Assembly (NCBI RefSeq): GCF_009914755.1
Contig: NC_060925.1
Strand: one strand, 5' to 3'
DNA length: 64,000 nt
Source of the DNA: the human T2T-CHM13v2.0 reference genome, Homo sapiens
The translations under genes and the position numbers were made by a program. The notes under the pieces are model-generated. The model searched no databases, was not told the origin of the DNA, and saw only the letters and a program-made list of their open reading frames with translations. Each line of letters opens with the position of its first letter. The stretch's first letter is position 1. Below are positions 1-13,479 of this stretch, piece after piece.

Positions 1-254
1 TCTTTTTCAGCTTAGAACAATTTTGTCATTCTGTTGTAAAAACACCAACATATACATACTCAAGCATATGTCAGTGTCCAGTAACTAATTGCCCAGTAAT
101 TTCTCGTATGAAGAGCTTTATATTAATTTCCAAAATAGATGGCATCTGCAAAACGTGTTTTGGTGGTAGGAGGGGTTTGGATTAATCTCAATCTAATTCT
201 ATTCGATTTTTTGAGAATTAAATGTGATTATCTCCTTGATCCAAAATGTAATAA

Positions 255-380
255 TACATGAATACTTACTGAGTGCCTATTATATGCCAAATATGGTGTT
301 CTATATGAAGGCTACAATGCTGAGCAGTGCTGACTATGAACCTGCCTTCATGGCACTTATAGTCTAGCAAAGAGACAGGT
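255..380 (-). mobile_element. L2 3' fragment
   Basis: aatacttactgagtgcctattatatgcca...cttcatggcacttatagtctag resembles the reverse complement of the L2 3' end. Confidence 0.6.
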
Positions 381-503
381 ATTAAAGTGTAATTCTATCA
401 TTAAACCATAAAGCTTAAGTCATAAATCTTCTCAATTTAGTCCATCACCAGCAACCACCAAACCAAACACATGCAACAAATAATTTTTTAAAACAAAACA
501 TAC

Positions 504-650
504 CTTCATGCTCATGAACCGAAATGTCCTCAGAGTCCAGAGAATGGTGAAAACATTTCCAGATTCTTGGCTTTGCCTGATGGTATTCTGTTTATATGGT
601 AGCCTTCCTTAATCCTCTCTTCCTTTGTTCCTTAATTTCTAGGCTTCAAC
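504..650 (-). other. Candidate non-coding (3'UTR or lncRNA) exon, 147 nt
   Basis: Acceptor ctttttgtttaaacag|G and donor GAAG|gtatgt; stops in all three frames. Confidence 0.45.
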
Positions 651-1077
651 CTGTTTAAACAAAAAGTGTAGTTTTATTTCAACTAAGTCTGAAATCCTCT
701 TTCCTGTCCTTGTTCCTCAAATTTGTAAGATAAAGCATCATTTTGTTTTGGGTTTTCTATTTTTTTCTGCATGCAAGATTTCTGTGAGACCATTCAACAC
801 TTTTCAATATGGATGATTTCTTACAACTTGTCTTCAATGCATTTTTATTCAAAAAGACAACCTTCCCTCTGGAGCTGGGAATGGGGGAAGACAGAGCTGT
901 CTGGTGGGTGCCTTTAGGTCATCAGAAAAACCATAATAATGGATATGCAATTACAAACAAATTTTAAGTATTGTGAATTTGTTTTCAAAAACTTTTCAGG
1001 GAAGACTTACCTGAGAAGTGACGAAATCATGGGAAAATTGGAAACTGGTGTGACTGCAGCAGCATTTAAGAGAGGGA

Positions 1078-1472
<395 letters not shown>

Positions 1473-2304
1473 CTAGAGCAGACAAATTTGCTGTTCTAAA
1501 AAAAAATTACCTCTTTGTAAGTTTGGTATACATAGAATGGGTAGGAGAATGCACACAAAGGTAGATGTACATAAATTCATGACTGAATTGTTTGTAATAA
1601 TCCTAAATCTGAAGCTATTACCAGAAAGTTAAAAACAATTAACAATAAAGAAAAAGGCCAATATCCCTTTTAGTTAGTTATTGGAGATTTAGTTTTAAAT
1701 ATGTGCTGACTTTTTAATATGTAAAGTATCCTTAAATTCGAATTGAGTATTTCATATTCACAAATATTGACAATACTTTAGTTACATCAGATAAAAACAA
1801 AACACGTAGGAAATTATGACTTCTAATAACAAGTTTCACTTCTCTTCCCCAGTCCTGTTATCTTTCTATCCCAAAATGCATGTGAAAGTTTCCCATGTTT
1901 AGGATTAGTGTTCTCCCCAATTAGTGAGGCATCCAGAATGGTATAGGGAAAGCACATGTAATTTGGTTTTGATATTCTGTTTTATTCAATTACATTTTTT
2001 ATTGATAGGCTTCAAGGAGTCAAAATGCCTATTTTACAGTTGCTTATTTTGAGTTAAAAAAGTACCACATATGAGTTAAAAAAAACTTGGATTTTGGTCG
2101 TTTTACTATAATTGCCTTTGAGGTTTTTACATTGTTTTTCATTGTATTTTTCTCTTACATGTGTTTTGCATACATAATGAACAGCAGATGCAATCAAAAT
2201 ATTAGAATAAAATTATATAGCAAATGCTTGTGTAATCTGATGTTTTTCCAGTTGATTCAATTTTTGCAAAAAAGTACTCAAACTCCATTATAAATAAGGA
2301 GAGA

Positions 2305-2391
2305 TGTGTACCATAGCTGCTAGCATCTGGTTCCTAGAATAATGTCTAGCACTTAGAAAGTATTCAATAAATATCTGTTGAGTAAATGAAA
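2305..2391 (+). mobile_element. L2 3' end
   Basis: cctagaataatgtctagcacttagaaagtattcaataaatatctgttgagtaaatgaa. Confidence 0.65.
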
Positions 2392-3084
2392 GTCACATCT
2401 AGGTTTTCTGTCTCATTCTCTCTCTTGCTTTCTTTTAAAATTGTGGATGTGCATGTGTTACGTGTGAGAATTCCAAAGTGATTTGGAATATTTGTCAAAT
2501 TGCACGCTCTTAGATTGTCTATTTCAGAGCATTTTATGGCTTTTCCTAAGTGAAAATAACAAAGCAGAAAGTAGAACACTTACTATTTTATTTGCTGAAA
2601 TACAATAGAAAATAAAAGCACTTCACAATTGAGTGCTTTTAATGGAGACACTGTGCTAAATACAGGGGCTCTTGAGTGGGGAACAGGTAACCCAGGGTTC
2701 CCAACTTCTTGGAGCCCTAGGTATATGAACAATGAATGAACAATTACAAGTAAAATAAATGTTATAAGAAAGTGGTTTGCCAGTCAATGATTGGGATACT
2801 TGAATGTGTTTCTCAGAAATCTATTGGTTGATTGGTCCTCCTTTAAATATTAATGTTACCTTTAAGGGAGTAGTTTTCCAACTTTTTTGAAACCACATGT
2901 TTCTTAAAAAGCATTTTGAAAAAATCTGTGCCCCTCATTCCAAGTTGACATTTCAACTTTCCTATTGTAAATTTAAATAGTTGTAAACATGTAATTTTCA
3001 ATGTTCTGCTAACATTTGCATTTAAAAATAAATATGTTACATCACTTCTTTACATGTCTGGCATTACCTAAAAATACTCTGATT

Positions 3085-3275
3085 TTTTTTGTTCTTTTTT
3101 CTTTTATTTTTTCTAATCGACATACAATTGTACATATTTACGGGGTACACAGTGAAGTTTTGACACTTACGTAGTAATTAGGTCAAGCTAATTAGAATAT
3201 TCATCATCTCAAACATTTATCATTTCTTTGTGTTGGGACATTCCATATCTTCCTTCTAGCTATTTGAAACTGTAT
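3085..3275 (-). mobile_element. L1MA 3'-end fragment
   Basis: T-rich tail, then ttgtacatatttacggggtac...catctcaaacatttatcatttctttgtg...ctagctatttgaaa. Confidence 0.75.
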
Positions 3276-3913
3276 CTAATGATTTGATTGCCACCCTTAG
3301 CCGTTAAAATAAAAGGGAACAAACTATTCTCTGAAATTAAGAAATCCTATACTTTTCATTTTCTCCTTTGAGCTCATAAACTTCCTTCATATTTATCCTA
3401 ATGTTATGTATTATTAAGTCTTTTACTCATCATTCCAAATTTAATTAAAATGTTCCTTTGACTTAACTACTAAAAAATTAAAGTGTTTTAAGTTATGATT
3501 TCAATTGTCTTTAGTACACAATTGGTTAAAAGAACATAAATATAAGTGTGGATGGGCTATTAAATATTAAAATTAAAAATATTTAAATGCATATCTTGAA
3601 TGGATATGATTTTTTCAATTAGTTTATAAATCTTTAGCAGAACATGACATATTGCTACATTGAAGGAGGGCTCATAATCAGCTATGGTCCTGTTTTTTAT
3701 TTTTATGGATGTAAGTGCTAAGGAATGGTGGGAATAGAAGGAATTTTTAAACACGTCACTCACTGCTTTGAGTCTTTTCAGGTTATATGCCAAAAATCAC
3801 ATAGCTACTTCTCAGCAAAATGTGTACTTAATGATTTGTCACTGACAGTGCTGATTGGATCCTCCCTCAATTTTGTTAAAAGATTTGGACACCCCTGCCT
3901 TATAGGATATTAC

Positions 3914-4023
3914 CTGTCATCGAAGCAACTCATTTTCTTAACATCCAACACCAAAATTCCAATATTTCCTCCTAAAGTTTGGTGTCTCCGTTTTCACACA
4001 CCACGATGATCATATGTCTTTCT
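3914..4023 (-). other. Candidate exon, 110 nt, possibly carrying the ancestral stop codon
   Basis: Acceptor ttcttttcctattttataag| and donor CAG|gtaata; three retained CpGs. Confidence 0.45.
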
Positions 4024-4664
4024 CTTATAAAATAGGAAAAGAATAATTATGAATGAGGAGGTAAGAAAGCTGATTCTGAATGAAGTTTTCACCTCAGGGA
4101 GTGTTCAGGCAAACCAATTTCTGGGAAGAGTACATATGGTTAGGCAGCTTTGAAACTGATTTCCCTTAACTGACCATTTCTACATACTATTTGGAAAGTG
4201 CTTATATGCCTCATGGGCATTTGTACCCCAGTTAAAGGCAGCTTCATTATGTTATCAAGAAAAAAGGACAACTGAATTCAACTATCGACACCTAGTAATA
4301 AAATACAGTTACTGGTTTGGTCTTTTATTGATATCACCAATCCATTATTTTTAATGTTAGAACTTGAAGTATAAGGTACATTTTACTTTCTTTATGAAGG
4401 TCCTCTTGTGCCTCTTACAAGAAGCAAAATATTTTCAATGGATCAATAGAATACACAGCAAATATAATACATATCCAAAGGCATTATAGTTATAAATTCA
4501 CTAAATGTGCTATGAACACACTGGGATCATTCTGTGGCTCTAAATTAAACAGCTCCATTTATAAGATGAAGACTGCTATAAAAATGTATTTCCTATAGGA
4601 AAAGAATTATGAGATTCTATGAGTTCTGGTATAAAAGCCGGAGTAAAATGGAATATGCTTTTAC

Positions 4665-4695
4665 CTCTAGAGAGTTCTCGCAGATATTGTAGCAT
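4665..4695 (-). other. Candidate 31-nt micro-exon (MLQYLRELSR in phase 0)
   Basis: Acceptor tttccttttctctgtaag| and donor GAG|gtaaaa. Confidence 0.35.
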
Positions 4696-5901
4696 CTTAC
4701 AGAGAAAAGGAAACATCTTCACATGTCGAAATCATTTCATATTGAAGGGATAAAGAGTGATTAAATCTAATTAATCTATACCTGTATTTATATTAATGGT
4801 CTAGTGTTCTTTTATAAAGTAAAGAATTTCATCCCTAATAATTTATATTTGGTCCTGACACAATTTTTCTCCTCACTATTGAATATGCACGTATTCACTT
4901 TACCTCTTAGGAGCTCATTTGCTTTATCTGTCAAATGAGACAGATGGTTTTTAACTTCCCTTCTAGCTTGAATTGTCTTACTGGTGTATGATGTTATGGA
5001 AATTTATATTTCAAACAATAATTAAAGTAAGTTGTGGCTGATTTATCATATCCCTAGATTTTAATATCATTTGAAACTGAAACCCTTTACTCTAGGTCAC
5101 TATAAAAAAAGTGAGACCAAATCTCTGTTTTCTTGGCTTTATTAAATATTTGATTATAGCTAGCTTCTCATCTGTTTACAGCTGCTTTAGTTTATAAATA
5201 CAATCAAAGATTTTATAATTACTGTCTTCAATACAAAGAAAAAATATATAATGTCAGGATTTCATATGATGTAGGAGTAAATTGACTTAAATTTAGTTCA
5301 GATGCGGATAGGATGTGTGTGTTTATACCTCAGATGTAAGAATATTGCCTATGTGTCCAGACCCTCCCTTCCTCCTCAGTCTGGACATGTCTCCAAGACA
5401 TGTTCCAAAGGGGGTCTCTCCTTAAGACTTTGAGTGGCTTTTTCATTCTAAGGGAATAGATTGACATATTATATGATCTCCAGATGACAAGGCCCTACTT
5501 TCAAGGGAAGGGGTGTTTTCAACACAAGAGGTATATTTTGAAGATGGTTTGCCAGCACGCTTCTATAGCACTCATGGCAGTCTACTGGAGAGGGCCTTGG
5601 AATAAAAGAGTGAGTAAAATCTAAATGGACTGCTTTGTTTGCACCTTCCTTCATTTGGGGAAAGCATTGATATTGGAAACTAGAGAAGTTATCTGTAGTT
5701 TTTGTTGCATGATGATCTTCTTGATGATCTGTCTGCATTATGGTGAAATCAGCACCTTCATGATTCATTATGGTGATGAGTGCTCTAATCAGCTCTTAGG
5801 GTGGGAATGATCATCAATCATCATTGACATAGCCTCAGCAACACAGAGAATAAGGAAAAAAAAAAAGACAGCTACCAGGGATTAGTCAAACTCAGACACA
5901 C

Positions 5902-6096
5902 CTGAGATATATCTTGGACACTCCTAGAATTGTGTGTGGAGACAGTTGAAGGACTGCATCTTCCAAGACTGTCAAGCCAGAGTGGTACTTTTTTAATTGA
6001 TGTTTTCCTAAATCAATGATTACCATCACCATGATATAGCTCAGACTGCTATAAAATTGTTGCCTAGAGTACAGTTGTGTGGCGATTGACAAAGAG
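5902..6096 (-). pseudogene. Relict coding exon, 195 nt, phase 2-2, fully open (DSLSIATQLYSRQQFYSSLSYIMVMVIIDLGKHQLKKYHSGLTVLEDAVLQLSPHTILGVSKIYL)
   Basis: Acceptor ctttgtctgtgcctttatag| with a TTAAC branch-like motif; donor CAG|gtgtgt. Same frame as track ORF 5892..6092; joins the upstream exon in phase across an 83-nt intron (6097-6179). Confidence 0.6.
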
Positions 6097-6179
6097 CTAT
6101 AAAGGCACAGACAAAGGTTAAAAGCTCTCTTAATGTAAGTAAAGGATACAACTTAATGCACAGTGTTAGTACCACTCAC

Positions 6180-6919
6180 TCCCAGCTAATTGGCAAGTTG
6201 TCGCCTTCCAAGCCCAGATACTTCCTGTGTAGGGTGTAGTGCTGTCAGAGACTTTGAGAAGCTAACCTTGCCCTTTCATTAGGGATATGAAGTCCTCTTG
6301 GCCCCTCCGAATTATTTTTGGAGACTTTGGCTGTTTGCCTACAAGCTATAAGAAATTTGTGGGCCGGCTTGATGCGGTGGCTCACGCCTGTAATCCCAGC
6401 ACTTTGGGAGGCCGAGGCAGGTGGATCACGAGGTCAGGAGTTCAAGACCAGCCTGGCCAACATGGTGAAACCCCATCTCTACTAAAAATACAAAGAATAA
6501 AAATAAAAAATAAAAAAATAAAAATAGCCAGGCATGGTGGTGGATGCCTGTAATCACAGCTACTCAGGAAGCTGAGGCAGAGAATTGCTTGAAAACAGGA
6601 GGTGGAGGTTGCAGTGAGCCAAGATCACGCCACTGCATTCCAGTCTGGGTGACAGAGCAAGACTCTATCTCAAAAAACAGCAACAACAAAAGATATTTGT
6701 AATAATCTGGGCTCTTTTCTCAGTGACTCCTGAGGGACTCTAATGTCAATTTCCTGGTGTGACATTCCTTAGCAGGTGGCAATGTCAAACCTACTTGAGA
6801 TGTATTCTCACACAGTCTCATTAAGTTTCTCTTTTTCTTAATATTTAAAGGTAGAGTCTTCTGTTCCCAGCATCTGCTTTTCTGGGAGGTGTTAATGTAC
6901 TTTATTTGAGCTCAAGATC
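6180..6919 (-). pseudogene. Relict coding exon interrupted by an AluS
   Basis: Deleting 6361-6700 (Alu plus one TSD copy) gives one frame AQIKY...[17 protein letters not shown]...SQSL*QHYTLHRKYLGLEGDNLPISW ending at donor GGA|gtgagt; the stops are TGA. Confidence 0.6.
6362..6689 (+). mobile_element. Alu, AluSg-like, with expanded A-rich linker
   Basis: gatcacgaggtcaggagttcaagacc; TSD aagaaatttgt (6350-6360) and aagatatttgt (6690-6700). Confidence 0.95.
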
Positions 6920-6973
6920 CTAACTAAAGAAGTTTCATCAGTGAAAACAGACTAATCTCTGCTGTCCACTTAC

Positions 6974-7226
6974 CTTTACCTTCATTGCAATAGGCCCTAA
7001 TAATTCAGTCTTGGAGAAATTGTAAAATTAGTTTATCACGCCATTAATTAAGGCTGGAGTGCAATATGTTGGGGGAAAACATTCTATTCCCTCTTCCTCC
7101 ATTTACTTTAAGTTTGCTTTGGGCCATAATTTAGATGTAGAATATAAATCCATGTACAACAAAGACTTATTTCTTACCTGTGTTAACACCTTTGCTTGCC
7201 CCTGTCTAGGATTATTCACTCTTAAA
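6974..7226 (-). pseudogene. Two candidate exons (6974-7053 and 7178-~7226)
   Basis: Donors AAG|gtaagt (6973) and CAG|gtaaga (7177); acceptor ttttcccccaacatattgcactccag| (7054); 124-nt intron. Frame ambiguous. Confidence 0.4.
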
Positions 7227-7284
7227 CTAAATTGATGAGTTGAATTAGTAATTGAACAAATATATGGAACATTTTTAATACAAT

Positions 7285-7450
7285 AACAAAATTTATCAAG
7301 CTATGTGCCAGGCACTGTGCTTCTTTATAGCTAGCTCATAAGTTAGGCACTTTATTATCCTTATTTTACAGATTCCCTAGACGCCTGAAGCTTGGAGCAG
7401 TGAAGTTTTGAAACTAGGCAATCTGTTTCTAAGGCTCATACTCTTTAGTT
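7285..7450 (-). mobile_element. MIR fragment
   Basis: ctatgtgccaggcactgtgc...ttattatccttattttacagat MIR core. Confidence 0.65.
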
Positions 7451-7544
7451 TGTAGTGTACTATACTGCTTGCTTTGCTTTCTAGCTAGAAAAAGGGAGCT
7501 AATTATATATTTTATTTTAGCTGTCCTATTTTGGAAGCTATACT

Positions 7545-10500
7545 GAGTGTAGGTAAAAACTGAAAACTTTGCTGGTTTCAGCTATGACATTTAAAGAGCT
7601 TGGAAGTCATCATTCCTGCCCTTGCAATAAAAACAAAAAAGCTGGACAAGTTGATAATTTAACAGGTTTTTGTAGACATTTCAGAGCAATCAGATTGTGA
7701 AGCAAAGCAAAGTACCACCATGAAATCTGGAGAGACAGGTGAAACTAGAGAGTCTCAGCTGAGGTCTGCTTATCTGGAGCAGAAGATGCTTGAGCAATAA
7801 ACTGGCAGAAACTTTTAAATGGAAACTTTGGCAAACTGGTGGAGGCTGAGCATGGACTAACATGACAGTGATGAAATCCTGGGGGCCACTGTCTTAGAGG
7901 AGTCCCCCACAGCGTCAAGGGCTTTGCCTTCAGGAACCCCACCGGGTTCTCCCAGTGAAATATTCTCTCACAGGAGAAAAGAAAGAATAATCTTTGTAAA
8001 ATACACAAAGAGGCTTCTCCATAACAAAGTCTAAATGAAATTTCACCACTGAAGTCTCTTTCAGCCTTTCAATTTCACTTAAAGTGCTGGTGATGTTGGC
8101 AGGGAAGATGGAGATGTGAGGTCAATAAAAGTCAGGCCTTGAAGGAAATAGATTGGAAGTAGTGTAGTTAGAAAAGGATATAGAGGTCTGCTGCACCACT
8201 TTGAACTGTGACATTCACAGCCGAGAATCACAGGCCCACTAAAAGAGTGACAGTCAGTTGATTGCAGAATGCTCCCTTTTCCCCACACCTTACCATCAGT
8301 GCTCTAGTGTGGTAAGAGTGAATCTTAGTGGAAAGAGCTGTGAGATAGACTCGCTCTAAGGAGGAATACTTAGGAAAGGCCAAAGTCAAGAGAAGACAAA
8401 AACTAAGATGCTCTGGCACCTACAGCTGCAGATAAAGATCTCACAGCCCAAATCTTAGCAGATTAACATAAATCCTTACATTCAAGGTGTGTTTATTTTA
8501 GTTTTTATTACCTGGTATGTGCTGGCTTTCAATGAAAAATTGCAATGCATGGCAGAAGGCAAGAGACAGCCTGAAGAGACAAAGCAAGCATCAGAACCAA
8601 TGTCAGATATGACAGAGTTAGTGAAACTATAAAACAAGTAATTTAAAATAACTATAATATGTTAAGGATTCTAATGGTAAAAATAGTCATCACATAAGAA
8701 GAGATGAGTAATGTAAGCAGAGAAATTTAAAGTAAAAAAACCAGAAGGAAATGCTAGAAATAAAAGCAGTCATACAGGCAATTGTTTTGATGGGTTTACC
8801 AATAGACGTAACATGGCTGAAGGGAAAAAATCAGCTTGAAAGGTCAGTAGAACTTCAAAAACTGAAAAAATGAAAACAAAAACAAAAAATAGGCAAAACA
8901 TCTAAGAACTGTGGGACTACCTCAAGAGGTGTAATAATATGTGCAATTAGGATACCAGAAATAAGTGAAAAAGAATGGAGCAAATGGACTATTTGAAGTA
9001 TAATAGCTGAGAACTTTCCACAATTAATAACAGATACCAAAACATAGACCTAGGAAACTCAGTAACATTGAGCCAGAAAAATACCAAGAGTATACATATA
9101 GTAGGCATATCGTATTCAAATTGCAGAAAAGCAAAGGCAAAGAGAAAATCTTGAAAAAAGCCAGAGGAGGGTGGGGTAAATACTTTGTCTAAGAGGAACA
9201 AGAATGAGAATTACAAGGGACTGCTTATCAGAAACCATGCAAGCAAGAAGTGAGTTTGGTAAAATGTTTTAAGTGTTGAAAGAAAAAAGCCCACCAATCT
9301 AGGATTCTGTATTCAGCAAAATTATTCTTCAAAAGTTCAGGAGAAATACTTCTTCTGAGAAACAAAAGCTGAGGGAATTCTTTGCCAGCAAATCAGTCCT
9401 ATAAGATGTGTTAAAAAGTTCTTCAGGCAGAAGCAAAATCTTACACGTCAGAAACTTGAATACACATAAAATAAGAGTATTGAAGGCCTAAGTAGTAAAG
9501 TTAAAATATTTTAATTACTGTATTTTTAATTGACCTAAAATTTATTTAAGGCAGGAGTCAATTCTCCAAGAGCACGTAATCTTAAATATACCAAAATATA
9601 TGAGGCAAAAACTAATAGAATTGAAATAATAGACAAGTCTACTATTTTTATGGGAGACTACAATGCCCCTCTGTCAGTAATGGATAAGGAAACAGAAGAT
9701 TAGTAAAGTTACACATGACCTGAACAGCACTATGAATGAAATTGATCCAATTGATATATATGGAAGACTCCAACCTACTACAGAATATACTCCTCGAGCT
9801 CATATGGAACTTCTGTTTTCACCAAAGAAGACCCTATTCTGGGCAATAAAACACACCTTCACACATTTAAAACAGTAAAAATTACTTGTATGTGTTCTCA
9901 GACTACAATGAAATTAAACTAGAAATCAATAATGAAAGATAGTTGAAAACCTCCAAATATTTGGAAATTAAAAAGTACACTTCTAAATAAACCATGAGTA
10001 AAGGAGAAGCTACAAGGAAGATTAAAAATATTTTGAACTAAATGAAAATGAAAATACAGCTTATCAAAAGTGTGTGGGAATTAGCAAAAACACTGCTTAG
10101 AGGAAAATATATAGCATTATATACATATATTAAAAAGGAAGATCTAAAAACATGAAATTAATCTCAGCACTCATATTAGGGAGCTAGAGAAAGGAGAGAA
10201 AATTGGGCGTATGGCAAGCAAAATAAGGATAATAATTACACCAGAAATCAATGAAATTGCAAAAGGAAAACAGAAAAAAAAAAAAGACCAAGAGCTAGTT
10301 CTGTGAAAAGTTCAATAAGATTTATAAGCCTCCAGCCAGGCTAACCAAATAAAAAATAGAGATAACACAAATGATCAATATCAGAAATAAGAGAGGAATC
10401 ATCAATACTTATTCCATGGACGTTAAAAGAATAATAAAGGAACACTCAACTCTATACCCACAAATTCGATAACTTAGATTAAATGGACCACTTTCATAAA

Positions 10501-13000
10501 AGACATAATATGTCAAAGTTCAGACAAGAAGAAATAGTCAAACTGAATATGATTATATAGATTAAGGAAATTGAGTCAGTACTTAACCTTTCCCAAACAG
10601 GAAGCCCCAGAACCAGATAGGTACCGTGGTAAATTCTACCAAATATTTAAAAAGGAAAGAATACTAATTTTTCACAATCTTTTTTAGAAAGTAGAAGCAG
10701 AGGAATATTTTTTGACTCATTCCATAAGGCCAGCATTACCCTAGTATAAAAATCAGATAAAGATATTCCAAGAAAAGAAAACTGAAAGGACTACCAGCAG
10801 CAATTACCGGTGAAGATGTAGAGCAACAGGAACTGCCATTCATAGTAGGTGGGAATGCAAAATGGTATAGCCATTTTGGAAGACAGTTTTTGTAGTTTCT
10901 TTCAGAGCTAAACATAGTCTGCCCATATGATCAAGCAATTTTGCTCCTAAGTATTTATCCAACTGATATGAAAATTTATGTCCATACAAAAATCTGTATG
11001 CAAATGTTTATGCAGCTTTATTCTTAATCGCCAAAATGTGGAAGCAACCAATGTGTCTTTTCAATAGGTGAATGGACAAATACACTGTGGTACGTTCAAA
11101 GAACAGAATACAATTCAGCAATAAAGATAAATGAGCTATAAAGCCATGCAAAGACACGTATGAATCTTAACTGATAAGTGAAAGTAGCTGGTGTGAAAGG
11201 ACTACAGGCTACCTTATTCCATTTATATGACATTCTGAAAACAAAAACTACAGAGATGAGAAACAGATCAGTGGTTTCCAGGCTGTGGAGGTGGGACAAG
11301 AGGGTCAAATAGGTAAATCGCAGTGAATTTTTTTAGGGCGATGGGGCAGTAAAATCGTTCTGTATGATACTGCAATGGTGAATACATGACATTATGCACT
11401 TGTCAAAACCTGTAGAATTTAATAGCATATAGAGTGAATCTTAATGTATACCCATTTAAAAAGTTATTTATAATGCTGAGGAATTCCTGTGTAGAATGCA
11501 GAATGTAGCAAAAACAATCTAACTGTATTACAAATGTGTTATATAAACCCATTTCACTGAAGGTAGCGGGTGGGGTGGGGGGGAGAAAGATGCTGACCTA
11601 AATAACCTTGGAAATGATCCAAGTAAGTTTAGTCTATAAAACACAGGCAAAAGAAACTGTACATAAGCACTCTAGCTGCTAAAGTTGTTTCCAATGGGTG
11701 TATGAATGAACTATTCTGATACTACACACACATACGTGTGTTGAATAACTAAGTATATGGCAGATGACAGAAGTTGCAGATAAGGGGAGGAGGACAGAAT
11801 GAGTTATGTGGTAATGGATTAGATTTGAAGGCAGTATGCACCTGTGGTTAGCCTAACACACACACAGATGGTTACATTACAGATATATTTACAGATATCT
11901 GTACATACATGAGTTAGTAAATATATATTTCATTTTGCCAGCCAAACGGGCCTAGAAACAATGACATCCCAGTAGCAACCACCACACTAGTGTTTAGATC
12001 TTGGTTACTAATACCATTTTTCATTAAAAGAAACCAGGGATCCCTAGAAAAATGTCTAATTTTAACCCTGGGGCAAGAAATTTACAAGATGAACCTAGAG
12101 CCTCTTGTAGTGCCAGAAAGTAAGGAAGTTCTCAAAGAAAACCTACAATGATGGAGACATGTCAAAGGAACACAGGAGATAATGAAAGTGTTCCCAATTG
12201 CCAAAGATGGAACAATTTGACCTATAAAACAAATAAAATAGTATTGGAGTTACACCCAAAGTGAAATATCCATGAATCCATATAAAGGATTGCCCAAATA
12301 AATCTGGGAGAAAGGATAATGCAGAAGAATTTCAAATAATGTATGTAGCTATTTCATGCTGAAGGAGGTAGAACATAAACCCTTCTTAAATGTGGGCTGC
12401 ACATACTAACTTCTAAATAATAAGCATGGAAGGTGAGGAAAAAAGTAATTTTACAGTGGAGAAACCTGACAAACATTGCCTCATGCAGATGATCAAATTA
12501 ACATCAGTAATGGTAAGTCACCTTGATAGTATTTACCCTTGATAAGAGGTGATGAGAATGGCACTTTACCCGTGTTGATATTTCTCCCAAAAACCTATAA
12601 CTTCAGTCTAATCCTGCAAAAAACTTGAGATAAGTCTCAGTAGCTGAACATTCTACAAAACACCTGACCACTAGTGCTCTGAACTTTCAAAGTTATCCAG
12701 AACAAGGAAGCTATGGAGATGTGACAGCTAAATGTAATTGTGATATCCTGGATGGGATATTGGAGCAGAAAAACGAAATTAGGATAAAACGAAGAAAATA
12801 TGAAGGAAGTGTGGACTTTAGTTAATAATGTTGTGTCAGTATTGGCTCATTAATTTTGACAAATGTGCCCTAATGTAAGATGCTAATAACAGTAGAAATG
12901 CAGTAGGGGGTGGTATATGTAAGGTATGTATACTATCTGCACAGGTTTTTTGGAAATCTAAACTATTCTAGAATAAGAAGTGTATTCGAAAGTTAAAAAA
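7545..13000 (+). mobile_element. Old L1M (L1MC-like): 5' region, ORF1 relic, partial ORF2 and long 3' UTR
   Basis: ORF1 motifs near 9000-9330 (gaactttccacaattaa, cagaaaccatgcaagcaagaag), endonuclease motifs at ~9590-9930, jump to the ORF2 C-terminus at ~10800, L1MC-type 3' UTR to ~13000. Confidence 0.85.
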
Positions 13001-13479
13001 AGACACCTGAAAATTTTTTTTAGGTTTGTGAAAATACAAGCTTTATTCATAAGTCATTTGCCATCCCAATCATCACAATTATGACATTAATCAAATATCT
13101 GAAGTCAGTTAAATAAAGGAAGGTTGCTACCTTAGCAAAACAATCTGTTTCTTTCCTAATCCATGTGGAGAGAGCATATAAATTTATTATGAACACATTG
13201 TATTACAATTAAGTGCTTTTGCAGTTGATCTTCTTTAAGGATAATAGAGAATATAGATGCATACAATAGAGTATATAAATGTCTATTGCCTAGTTGTCAC
13301 CAGTTAATACTGCAGGAGCTCTAGTGTATGACAGGCACACGTGAAGCAAAGAAGATTCAGGTTTTCAGGGAATGACTCTTCTGAATGCCATTCTAACCAG
13401 ATTCCCCCTATCAGTGGTTCTGATGGAGCTTCCTGGGCCTTCACCCAGAACAGATTTTCATTCATTTATTTGTTACTTC

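Noticed and set aside
2870-3900. Single hAT element spanning 2870-3898
   Set aside because: Only one convincing terminus (tttggacacccctg at ~3885-3897); I could not support the extent or family.
5350-5470. Overlapping hairpins (tgtccagac/gtctggaca and acatgtct/agacatgt) with a downstream ACA as a snoRNA or miRNA
   Set aside because: Stems are short, and there is no clear H box or two-hairpin architecture; compatible with chance.
5329-5833. 505-nt block as proof of coding continuity
   Set aside because: Splice sites and overall phase fit, but the in-phase frame has about as many stops as random DNA and the 99-aa track ORF is in another frame. Kept only as weak context.
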